64,000 nucleotides of DNA. Origin: Plasmodiophora brassicae. Taxonomy: Eukaryota. The stretch is from contig CP145409.1 in assembly GCA_036867785.1 (NCBI GenBank), forward strand, positions 1,984,001 to 2,048,000, read 5' to 3'. This document shows positions 13,495 through 24,200 of the stretch, piece after piece (position 1 is the stretch's first letter; each line of letters starts with the position of its first letter). The position numbers were made by a program, and so were the translations under genes. The notes beneath the pieces were generated by a model. The model was not told the origin of the DNA and ran no database searches. It saw nothing but the letters and a program-made list of their open reading frames with translations.

Positions 13495-14388
13495 TTACGT
13501 TGCGATCAGCGCGTCCAAGTCGACGCGGATATTGCCCAGGCGAGCTCTTTGTTCAACATCATGCGACACCATGATCGTGGCACACTCCGGCTGCCCGTTC
13601 AATGACGCCTCGACGGCAGCAGTGGCAGCCGCGTCCAGTGCACTGCAACATTCGTCGAGCAGCAGGACCGGTGGGCGCAACGATAACGCGATGGCCAGGC
13701 GCGCACGCTGACTCTCGCCACCGCTCAGTTGCGCCCATGGTTGGTCCAGGCAGGCCGGATTCAGGTACCACTGATCACAGAACGCCTCGACGACATCATC
13801 GGATGGGGCACATAGGCGATCTACAAACAGACACAGGTCAGGTGGCGCCAGTTCGAACGTCGCACCCGTCGCATTACGCTGCTCTCGGACACGAAACGAT
13901 TTGATCTTGTGGAAGAACTCCCTGGGCGTGCCCGACATGTTCGGCGCTTTCTGTGCCACGTAGCAGACCTGACACCGCCAGAGTACCGACTATAAGCAGG
14001 GTAAATCAGTACCATTACAGATTGGGGTAGAGCCTAGAGACGGACCCCCAGCTCATGGCACGTTTTCCCATTCAGCAGTGCCCTGCCGGAAGACAACGGC
14101 CTCAAGTTCGCCAATGCACGAAGGAGCTGATCGAACAGGTTGTAAGCATGGGCGCAAATGACACATCTGGATATGTATCGCCGAACCTGTGACTTGCCGA
14201 TCCCGCTTCGGCCGTACACCTGGGCGATGTCCCCATCGTCTACCGTCAGGTCCACGGCGAACTTGCCGCCAACTGCACACCGACGAGGACCCCGTCAGCC
14301 TATCATCCGGCACTGGACGCGCACGGTGCAGCGTCCACCACCACACCCCACCGTTGACGGCGCCCTGCTCCACCACGAATCGAGTCAT
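13495..14388 (-). CDS. Stand-alone ABC ATPase (FetA/YbbL/STAR1-like)
   Basis: Walker A GRSGIGKS, signature LSGGESQR, Walker [13 protein letters not shown]-loop VSHD. No TM domain. Confidence 0.85.
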
Positions 14389-14468
14389 ACTACCACGTCG
14401 GGGGTCGTCGGCCGTGCGAGCGCAAAAACACGCACGCAAGCCGTGACTGCAGGAACTACTGGGGGGCT

Positions 14469-14702
14469 GCTTCGAGTGACCCGGCCAGTGTGAGAGCTGC
14501 AGCCCACAGTGCTGCCGACCTGTCGTGCTGCCGACCCGTCACGCTGCCAGTTGGATTGGGTCCCGAATTGTTGCGCGGGACAGGGCAGGGGGAGGGGGCA
14601 GCTTCGAGTGACCCGGCCAGTGTGAGAGCTGCAGCCCACAGTGCAGCCGACCCGTCGCGCTGCCAGTTGGATTGGGTCCCGAATTGGTGCGTGGGACAGG
14701 GC
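14469..14702. repeat. Imperfect direct duplication (2 copies, period 132 bp) in a divergent intergenic region
   Basis: gcttcgagtgacccggccagtgtgagagctgcagcccacagtgc...gctgccagttggattgggtcccgaattg starts at both 14469 and 14601. Confidence 0.9.
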
Positions 14703-14848
14703 GAGGCAGGTGGGCGGGGGGCGGGGGCGGGCGGTACGCCGACCCCTGGGCTCCTGGACCTGATTAGCATGATCGCGCCACGGGTACGCGATCCCCCGTC
14801 TTGGATCTCCTGGTTAGCGTCGCACCGGTATACCTACCGCGTTCGCAA

Positions 14849-17800
14849 ATGGAGGGCGGCGGCGGCGACCTGCTGCCGATGCCGAACAAACTCGGCGAGC
14901 TGACCGTCAGGAGCCTGTCGCGCCGCTCCATCCACCAGCGTCCCGCGTCGAAGAAGAATTTCAATGTCGCGGACCACGCGACGCTGACGATGGTGCCGAG
15001 CACGCCGCAGATGAAGCACGATATCACTGTCATTGAAGAGGAGAACCCCCGAGCCAAGAAGCACGTCCAGCTGCCGGGCTGGCCGCAGTCAGCGCCCAAG
15101 ATCGACAGGCCACCGTCGACGATGCAGGTTGCTCTTCGGCAGTTCGCCGACCGTCCGGGCTTCGTTATCCTGATGACGATCGTCACGCTGTTCTCATTGT
15201 TCGGTGACGACGCGCGCATCGCTTGGGCGCCAACGTCGGCCGATACGACATTCGGCATACTGTCGACTGTGGCAACCTGCCTCTTCCTGTTTGAGTTCGT
15301 CGTCCAGTGCGTAACGATGCCCAGGGTTTACATCCTGTCCTTCGAGTTCTTCCTCGACCTTCTGTCCACGGTTGCCATGGCAACAGACATTCCAGGGGTG
15401 TGGAACAACTTGGCGCCTGGCGCTACTGTCAGCCTGAGCAGTCTGACGGTCGCGCGAGCAGGCCGGGCCGCCAAGATCGGCACCCGAGCCGCGCGTATTG
15501 GCCGCATGTTCCGAATCGTGCGTCTAGGCCGGTTCGGAAAGGTCGTCAAGCGGATTGTCACCGGAAGAGAGGGCGACAGCGACGTTGCCGCTGAATCGAA
15601 TACGACTGCTGATAAGAAGGAAACGGAGGGTGGGCCCTCCTTGGCTGTCGCGGGGACCACGACAACAGCGAGCCCGGATCCGGTGAGTTCCACTCAATCC
15701 AGCTTAGAGCAAGGAAGCATCGTCGGGCGCAAGCTTGCCGACCTGACGACCAGGCGAGTCGTCGTTGTCGTCCTTCTGATTCTGTTTGTGGTCCCGATGC
15801 TGATAGATACGCCGGTCGCAACCGTCTCGATTCGATGGGAACGGAAAGCGCTGAATCGAATGCGCAGGTCGACGAAACGGTCCTGGTGGCGCTCGAAAGG
15901 ATCGAGAGCGCATCAGGAGACGTTAAGAGCGCGTTGATACGGTCATTGCTGGCAAGCCCATACGTCAATCTGCTCTACGTTCGTGTCGACGACACTGTTC
16001 TGCTGGACCTTCCTTCTGATGGGTACGTACCCCGGGGATGCGCATCGTAAGGGAACGCTAACAGAGGCGTACCTAGTTTCCGCACTGTGGAAATGGAAAC
16101 AATATCAACCAGTCGGTCTGTGGCCGTTAGCGACATCAAAGCAAAGACGGTTACCACTGCGGAATACAGGTACATCACTGCCGCCCAGCCGCTGAGCCTC
16201 TCTAAAAACATCGTCGTATTGATGTGTCAGCTGTGCACTGACCGCGTTTACCGTCCTCATTCTCGGCGTCGGGGCGCTGCTGTTCTCGCGCGATGCCCTG
16301 GTGCTTGCCATCGAACCCGTGGAGCGCATGGTGACCTTCGTGCGCAAGCTGGCGTCCGACCCCCTCGGGGTCATCAACGTCGACAACAGCTCCGATGATG
16401 ACGGGTCCAAACCACGGCAACTGGAGACCGACCTTCTTGAGAACACGCTGATCAAGCTGGGGTCTCTTCTTCAGGTCGCCCAGGTGTGCGGCCGGTCGGT
16501 ACGGCCAGCGGCTAACCCCCACTATTGTTGTAGATCGGATTTGGGTCGGCGGGCGCCAATATCATCGCGAAGAATTTCGCCGGGAACCAGAACGCGCTGA
16601 ACCCGATGCTGCCAGGCTGTCGCGTCAACGCGCTCTTCGCGTTCTGCGACATCCGACGGTTCACGGACACCACCGAATGCCTCCAGGAGAACGTGATGGT
16701 GTTCGTAAACGAGGTACGGACGCTGCGTCGCGTTTGCCAACGGTGCTGAAACGCGGCGACCCAGATTGCGAACGTCGTTCACGGATGCTGTCATCGGTTG
16801 GGCGGCGCCGCGAATAAGAACATCGGTGATGCGTTTCTCATCGTCTGGAAGCTGGATGACGATGTTGAAAGTATTGCACGTCCGCAATCGGTATGGCGCT
16901 CGACGTCGCCTCCCCTGCAACCCTGCTGACGCATTGCACGGCCGCCCATGCAGGTTGGCGCATTCCAGCACCACCACATTGCGGATCAGGCCGTCATCGC
17001 GTTCGTCCATTGCATCGTCGAGCTGCTGACATCGCCACAGCTGCAGAGCTGGCGCGTCAACACCCGCATCACCGACCGCATGCCCAACTACAACGTCAAC
17101 CTCGGTCGTGCTCGTAGCGCTCGCGCCACGTGCGCGCCCGGTGAACTGACGACGGAATTTCGCAGGTGTCGGCATCCACTGGGGGTGGGCCATTGAGGGT
17201 GCCATTGGCAGCGAACTGAAGATCGACGCGTCGTACCTGTCTCCTCACGTGGACATGTCGCAAGTGCTCGAGGAGCTCACGAAGGTGTACGGCGTGCCGC
17301 TCATATTTTCCGGCGAGGTCTACGACACGCTGTCGGGACCGATGCAGCAGCTCAGCCGCTGCCTCGATGTGGTCCAGCTGAGAAGCGGGTCGAACCCCAT
17401 GAGGGTACGGGCGCGCAACCGGGACCGCCATTCGGGCCCGGGTTCTCATCGGAGCGCGCACCAGGTGTATACGTTCGACATTGGGAAGGAGGCGCTTGAG
17501 ATCCAGAAGAGCGCGCCCGCAATGCCCCTTCTGTCGCTGAACCGCGGCAGCATCATGCTGACCGAGAGCCGGAGGAAACGCGAGTCCGTTATTCTCGTCC
17601 CGACGCGTCGAGACTCTGGATTGCCCCACCAGACGCCCTTGCCGACCGTGCGAGGGTCTACCGTCCTCTCAGTACTTGCGGAAGACGATGGAGACGACGA
17701 CGACGACAACGACGACGATGATGATGGGAGTACCGAAGAAGAAGTCTCGACGCATGAGATTGGGTCGGCACGTCCATCCTTCATTCCGCAGCCGAATTGC

Positions 17801-18130
17801 GAACCGAACTACGTGAAGATGGACTTTGCCACCCAAGTCAAGGTGCGTTCGCCTATTGCTATGGACGGTAGGCGACGCGCCCTAACCGTTACCTGCTGCC
17901 GGCAGCCGTATCGCGTCGGCGTCGACCCGCAGTGGATCGACATGTTCAACCGATCCGTCAAGCTGTACGTCGACGGCAAATGGGAGGGCGCCCGGGACGG
18001 CTTGTCCATCTGCCAGTCGATGGTCACGAACGATGCGCCGACCCGCGTTCTCTTAGACTTTATGCAGACGTTCTCCTATCAGCCCCCGCCAGACTGGGCT
18101 GGGTTCCGCCGCCTCGGCGACATCCACTAA
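14849..18130 (+). CDS. Voltage-sensor/ion-channel-like domain fused to a class III adenylyl cyclase with a C-terminal TPR-like segment (Paramecium AC / Plasmodium ACalpha-type architecture)
   Basis: S4-like RAGRAAKIGTRAARIGRMFRIVRLGR; GRKLADLTTRRVV; IEPVERMV..VRKLASDPL; FCDIRRFTDTTECLQE; NKNIGDAF; GWAIEGAIGSELKIDASYLSPHV; C-terminal Y..GKW..A...PPDWAGFRRL. Confidence 0.88.
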
Positions 18131-18170
18131 TTGCTAAAGCAGTCAGCGATGAGCATGCCATGGACTGCTG

Positions 18171-19293
18171 CTAGGGGAACGCAGACTGCATCAACATCCC
18201 GGACGACGACACGACGGCAGCGTTATCGCCCGGCACAACCGCTCCGTACCGTACGAGCAGGCCGACGATCCTGTCATGCCGCCCGATCTGGGCCAGCCTG
18301 ACCGGATAGTTGTCCATCGTCGTTGCATCGGCGCCGTTCCTCAGCAGCAGGTCGACGGCGTCGTAGTGGCCGTTCTCGCACGCCATGATCAGCGCCTCGT
18401 TGTTCTGGTCGGTGGCGTGCGCACCATGCTTCAGCAGCAGGTCGACGATGGCGGTGAACCCGCCCTGGCTGGCGCAGACCAGCGCCCGGCTCTGTAGCGC
18501 TGACGCCACCGCTCCATGGTCCAGCAGCAGTTGCACGATCTCCAGGCACCCTTTACGGCTAGCGCTGACCAGCGCCTTGCTGCTGAAGCTGGACGCCACG
18601 GCGCCTTTGTCGATCAGCAGCCGGACGACGTCCCAGTTGCCGAACCAGCTCGCCCAGATCAGCGCCTCGTTGTTGTACTCTGCACCCGGACGGTGAGCAC
18701 GGCGCCAGCGGGCAGGCACGCGCGTGTTCCCTACCGTTGACGACGGCGCCCTGTTCGATCAGGAGCCGGACCAGATCCCATTGGCACCTCATGCTGGCCG
18801 AGCCCAGCGCGTCCGATAACGCGTCGCGCCTTAGGCGTTTCGTGGTGCGGATCCAGGCTTGGACGACGTCCAGGCAGCGGTTCGTGCCGAACCGGTCGCA
18901 CAGCGTCAGGACCTGGTCGAAACAGACGGCGTCGACGCTGTGCGGCGCGTCGATGCAGGCCCGGACCGCCTCCAGGTGCCCGACGCGGTAGAACTTGGCG
19001 AACAGCGCCCGCAGCGTCTGACGCGACCCGAGGCAGACGGGCCTGGTGACGAGGTCGGCGGCGATGTCGACGAAGAAGGCCGGGACGGGCGACGTGATCG
19101 GCAGGATCGCGTCGCGCGTCAGCACGCATCGGATGTGGCCGTCGACGGCGTTCCTGAACGCGGACGACGCGGCGCGGACAGCGCAGATCGTGTCCCAGTC
19201 GTCCCACTCGACCCAGGCGACGATCGACGCGCGCACGTCGTCCGGGACGGCGGCCAGCGCGCGCCCCCGCCCCCGCTTGCGATACCGGGGCAT
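18171..19293 (-). CDS. F-box-like plus ankyrin-repeat protein (2 exons)
   Basis: N-terminal LAAVPDDVRASIVAWV..DTICAVRAASSAFR, followed by about 6 ankyrin repeats of the NNEAL..A...GH..IV.LLL..GA type. Confidence 0.78.
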
Positions 19294-19564
19294 CCTCCTC
19301 CTCGGCCGGGGTCGATCACGCCCGGGAACGTTCGCACATGGAACGGGCCTGTGACCCGCAGGTGCTTCGTTGTCGACGCTGACAGACTGCCGCTAGTACC
19401 ACTTCGGGGCGTCCCTCCACACGGCTCCCCAAAATTCGTCACGCCGTCGCTTGTGCGCGCAAACCCATTCTTACATTTCCATACACACTCGTCAGCCCCT
19501 GGTTTTTGTGCCGTCAGCTCTCTTGTCTGCCGGCGGCGCTCGACAAAAACAGGGGTCCCGAATT

Positions 19565-19587
19565 CCCCCCCCCCCCCCCCCCCCCCT
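19565..19587. repeat. Poly-C homopolymer (about 23 nt) in a divergent intergenic region
   Basis: Seen directly; a (CCTG)n tract follows at ~19685-19704. Confidence 0.9.
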
Positions 19588-19809
19588 TTCCGTGGAAGGG
19601 GGCCTCAATTGCAGACTTTTGTCCGCGGCCGCCCCGACGCATTCGCCGTCAGATCGCCACAGGTTATTCGAACCGGGATAGCTACCTGCCTGCCTGCCTG
19701 CCTGCTCCGGCATGCAGGCGCGTCGACGACCCGGGTCGCGTGCCCGTGCGCGCCGATGAAATCTCTCCGCGTGCGGTCATCGTCCATGTGGTGACGGTGA
19801 TGCCGCCTA

Positions 19810-21162
19810 ATGCCTGGCGTAGACGACCAGCGTCGGCGTCGCCGGCGGCGCGGGCATTCCTCGCCGACGGCGGTGACGCCGCCCTACGGCACGTCGCGTC
19901 GGCGGCTGTCCGATCCGGACCCGTTCCACGATCCGCAATACCATCATCGATGGGACCGTGACGGGTGGCGACCAGACCCGCCGCGACGCCCGTCCCGAAT
20001 CAACTACGACGGCGGTCGCCGATGGCAGGACGCCCGCGACCGCCCCCTGTTCGAGCCTGCCCTGCGACCACCGAGGCCCTATGCGGCGTTCCTTCGGGGA
20101 CCTCCGACCCCGCTCGACTGGCACGAGGACGAAACGCACCGGCACTCGGTCAAGCAGCGCATCTGGAACGACGACGACGACAATGACCGTTATTACGATG
20201 ACCGCCACTTCGCGGAAAGCGACCCGTCGCCGACGAGAACGTCCCGCACCGGCAGGTCCTTCGATCACGACGACGACGACGACCCGTCGTCGATCTTCTC
20301 GGGTGCCGTCACGCGATCGTCCAGCGACTCGCACGACTTTGATTCGGGGAACTACGACGACGACGACGGTGACAGCATCGGGGCGCAGCCGGTGCCCGCG
20401 GTGCGGCCACGTGCACGCGCACCGGCCAAGCAGCAGCAGCAGCAGCAGCAGCAGCGGCGAGTGCCGGCACCGCCAGCCAGGACGCCCGAGCGGCCAGCGT
20501 CGCCTGCACCGGGGCCGCCGCCGCAATCGCCCTCGTCGTCGTTCAGCATCGCGATGGAGTCGGAGGTGAACCCGTTCCCGGTCGCGACGGGCGCCGACGA
20601 CAACGAGGTCGCCCTGGACGCGCTGCTCGGCATCGCCGACATGCTCGAGAAGCTGTGGATGGGCGCCAGCGTCCTGTTCGCCGTCGTCGCCCTCGTCATC
20701 GTCGTCGTCATGTTCGCGATGGCGTCGTCGGCCTCGTACTACTGGTCGCTCGGGTTCGCCGCCTTCGTCTACGTGGCCGTCGGTGTCCTGATCGTCCGCG
20801 AGATCCGCCTGATCCAGCGCCACCTGCAGCTGTTGCACGACACGCACCACACGACCGACCACCAGCGTATCCGGACGGTCGACCTGCAGGCGATCGTCCG
20901 GTCGAACGCGGTGGCCGGCGCCCGCCTGCTGAAGGGCGCCATCCAGAAGGGGGCGGCCGGCCTGGCCGTCTACGGCCTGCTCCTGCTGATCATCGCGTTC
21001 GTCCCCGCCGTCCAGGTCGGCATCCTCGTCGTCGCGCTGTTCACGTTCGCCGTCGCCCTCGGCTTCTTCGTCGTTAGCATACGGCAGTCCAGGGCGCTCG
21101 TCGACAGGACCAACCGGCTCCTGGGCGACGACGACACTGTAGACGAGCATATCGCGCCATAG
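19810..21162 (+). CDS. Hypothetical membrane protein: disordered Pro/Asp/Gln-rich N-terminus plus 4 TM helices
   Basis: Intronless 450-aa ORF with a (CAG)n poly-Q tract and two hydrophobic hairpins in the C-terminal part. Confidence 0.7.
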   Translation: MPGVDDQRRRRRRRGHSSPTAVTPPYGTSRRRLSDPDPFHDPQYHHRWDRDGWRPDPPRRPSRINYDGGRRWQDARDRPLFEPALRPPRPYAAFLRGPPTPLDWHEDETHRHSVKQRIWNDDDDNDRYYDDRHFAESDPSPTRTSRTGRSFDHDDDDDPSSIFSGAVTRSSSDSHDFDSGNYDDDDGDSIGAQPVPAVRPRARAPAKQQQQQQQQRRVPAPPARTPERPASPAPGPPPQSPSSSFSIAMESEVNPFPVATGADDNEVALDALLGIADMLEKLWMGASVLFAVVALVIVVVMFAMASSASYYWSLGFAAFVYVAVGVLIVREIRLIQRHLQLLHDTHHTTDHQRIRTVDLQAIVRSNAVAGARLLKGAIQKGAAGLAVYGLLLLIIAFVPAVQVGILVVALFTFAVALGFFVVSIRQSRALVDRTNRLLGDDDTVDEHIAP

Positions 21163-21190
21163 TACTAAACGGCATCGGCCTCCTAACGCG

Positions 21191-21868
21191 ATGTGGTGGA
21201 CGGCCGTCATTGTGGTCGCGGCCGTCGTCGTCGGCGCCGACGCGCGCGCCCCGTTCGGCGACGTCCTCGGCGTGTCGCACGGTGGCGTCCAGGTGCGTTC
21301 GTGCCACGCCGAGTCGCCCGAGGCGTACCGCGAGGCGCTGCGGGCCGGCGACCCCAAGTACCACGCCTTCCTGGGCGGCGTCTTCACCGGGTTCCAGTGG
21401 CAGTGTGTGGAGCTGGCCAGGCGGTACCTGGTCGTGAACGCTGGCGTCGCGTTCGACGACGTCGTCAACGCCTACCAGATCTGGGACCTGGACGGCGTGC
21501 GGCGCGTTGCTGATGGCGAGCGGGTCGCCTGGCGCAGGTTCGCGAACGGATCACGGGTCCGGCCTGAAATCGGGTCGCTGCTCATCTGGAGCCCGGCCGG
21601 GTTCTACGAGCCCACCGGCCATGTCGCCGTCGTCGTCGCCGTCGGCGACGCGTTCGTGGACATCGTGGAGCAGAACGTGGACGACACGGTCTGGGAGACA
21701 GGACAGACGTATTCGCGGAGGCTGAAGGCCAGATCCGACGATGGCTCGTTCACCGTTGTCGACGACTATGACGGCGACGTTATCGGATGGATCATCATGT
21801 CGATCGTGACGACGGAGCGGGCGCCGGCGTACGACGACGAATCGGACATGGATCGCGACGAGTTGTAG
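21191..21868 (+). CDS. CHAP-domain cysteine amidase (glutathionylspermidine/trypanothione amidase-like) with signal peptide and RDEL terminus
   Basis: FGDVLG..GGV, WQCVELARRYL (catalytic Cys), GSLLIW, TGHVAVV (His), EQNV (Glu). Hydrophobic N-terminus; ends MDRDEL*; intronless. Confidence 0.88.
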   Translation: MWWTAVIVVAAVVVGADARAPFGDVLGVSHGGVQVRSCHAESPEAYREALRAGDPKYHAFLGGVFTGFQWQCVELARRYLVVNAGVAFDDVVNAYQIWDLDGVRRVADGERVAWRRFANGSRVRPEIGSLLIWSPAGFYEPTGHVAVVVAVGDAFVDIVEQNVDDTVWETGQTYSRRLKARSDDGSFTVVDDYDGDVIGWIIMSIVTTERAPAYDDESDMDRDEL

Positions 21869-22138
21869 CATAAAGGCACAGCAGTCCAAGGTGCACAGGT
21901 CCGCCTTTGCGGGCGATACACAACCGAGCGCCCTTGCCAGACAGGTCAGCGCCGGCGATACGACCAGCGCTGGCCGTGGATCCATCGACAGGATCCGTTG
22001 GGCAACGGTGGGGGAATCATTGGCCATCAGTCAGGTGGACGGTACAAGTAGTGGCACCCTTAGATGCATTCGTGGACGGCATATGCGTGCTGGGGACGTT
22101 GCCCCAATGCCCGGGTGGCCCTGCTCAACAGCACGAGT

Positions 22139-22771
22139 CTAATCGCTCGTGCTAGGAATCGGACGGCACAGCTGCACTGGGACCTCGTTCCGAACGTCCG
22201 GGTGCACCCGAAGGGCATCAGCAGCGTGAGGATTGTGATCTGGAACAGCGGCTAAACGGTAATAGCATCGATACCCCGCATGCTCGTTACGCTGACACCC
22301 AGGTGTCCAATCGACGATGAACTGCTGTTGTTGACAACTGTTGTGTGCCCAAGTATCACTGCCTGTGGGTGCTGAACCATTAGGTAAGCAAAGGATGGTA
22401 TATTGATTGATCACGACGGCGACAAAATGACAGAGCATGTCCGCACGTAAGCCACCATTGTGGGGACTACAGTCGAAGATGCTCCATCAACTTGTCCGGA
22501 TAGCCGCTCGAAATACAGTACATAAATTGAACCAGCAGTACAGCAAACGTGTGTTGGATACAACGACATGCCCTCAGAGCCCAGGTAAATATCACCGTTT
22601 AGGTTCATATTAGAGGTGTCAGAAGTGGGCATATCGCCACTCTTCATCGGGCAATGCCTTGAGACCTCACGTCTGGTCAAACTCGAAGGCGCTCGACGAT
22701 TGTCCTGGAGGCATTAGCCCCATGGATGCCTCCAGGACAGCCGCCTCTGCATCGGAAATGACCAATAAGCA
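22139..22771 (-). CDS. Possible multi-exon Cys-containing hypothetical protein (lower GC)
   Basis: Short ORFs 22411-22680 and 22139-22438 with plausible splice sites. Model uncertain. Confidence 0.3.
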
Positions 22772-23102
22772 CCTGCAAGACAATTGCTTGTTAGAACCGT
22801 CGGCAAACAGAACAAGGTTTTAGCTACGCGAAATAGTGGCGAACTCAGATACAAATGCTGTCCTCAACAATCAATTATCAGACAGGGATAACTATAAAGA
22901 CATCATCGTTCATGTCGGTCAAGCAAATATGGGAACTCACGTCTATCGGTCTGCTTGCATGCTGATATCGAAATGGCCAGGACACCGCAGCGCTCGGCGC
23001 ACACACGGTGCCGGCGTCCGTGGCGGAGTCCGTGGCGGAGTCCGAGGTCCAGCTCGTATAGCCTGAGCGCCCTAATGTTCGCCCAGATCGATTGAGTACT
23101 TC

Positions 23103-23780
23103 ATGGTAGGCCGGATGGCGAGGAGAATTGGGCGCAGGACGCCATCTACCTCACATTTACCGTCAAGCGCTGACAGCGAAATATCATGGGTTGGGTTCGA
23201 TGACAGCAAAGCGCCAGCGGAGATCGTGCACTGGCTGGCTGTCCAACTCAATCGCAAACCGGATCCGTTAGACCTATACGCCGCCGGCAAGAACGCATTT
23301 GATGCCGGCATGTATAAGGCCAGCGCAGCTTTCCTATCGGGCTACGTACAGACGCCCAACTCCCTACTGCCTGGGCGCCATCTGTTAGGATACGCGCTTG
23401 CGTCATTGAATCAGCGACGTCAGGCTATCGAGCACCTCGCCCAATGCGCCAATGGTACCGATGCTTGAATTGCGGTGTGAAATCAGGCTCACAGTGTAGC
23501 AGAGGGGTTTGACTCCGATTGGCAGCTGCTCGTTGAGTTGCAGATCGAGCTGATGAATGAAGAGAACCAACGAGAACTGTACTTGGCAAGACTAACCGCC
23601 AACACAAATGCCGCACTGGGTACCGACGCCGGTCACTCAGCTAACGAATCCATTCCTGAAGAGCAACTCGACAAGGCCGCTGTGAGCGATGACAATCCTT
23701 CTCCACTCGACAGCGACAGGAACCTTCCACTCGGCGAAACGCGATTGCCACCCGATGAAATTGTCTCGACGTTCGGGTAA
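23103..23780 (+). CDS. Small TPR-like helical protein (2 exons)
   Basis: LYAAGKNAFDAGMYKASAAFL..Y and HLLGYALASLNQRRQAIEHL are TPR-like. An intron at ~23455-23500 leads to GFDSDWQLLVEL. Confidence 0.6.
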
Positions 23781-24200
23781 GATGTCGTTGAGCGTTGCAT
23801 ATATTTTGAAACGCCACATCATCTATCCGGCACATACAGCGTAGTGAACTTAATTAATTAAACCTGTTTCCAAACGGTGACGATAGGCCAGGTTGGGAGC
23901 AGATCGACTAGCTCACGTGAGGGAGATGAAGAGGATCAGCGGGCCCACCACGATACTGCTGCGGGAAACGGAACTATTCTCGTGACGTCTCCAGCGCCAA
24001 GTCGACGAGGATGTCGGGAGATGCAGCAACAAAAACGGGCAACGGCGTTGCTATAAATAGATTGTCATGGACCCTTCCAGCTACCAGCCGCTGCTGGCCC
24101 GGCCGTGCCATAACAAGTTTGGTGTAGAGTCGCTTCAGTATATCTGCCTCGGCTAGGTCCCAGACGTTGAACGGCAAACCATATCGTTACGAAGCCGTCC

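Noticed and set aside
23018-23047. 12-bp tandem repeat (ccgtggcggagt)
   Set aside because: Only about 2.5 copies; ordinary slippage.
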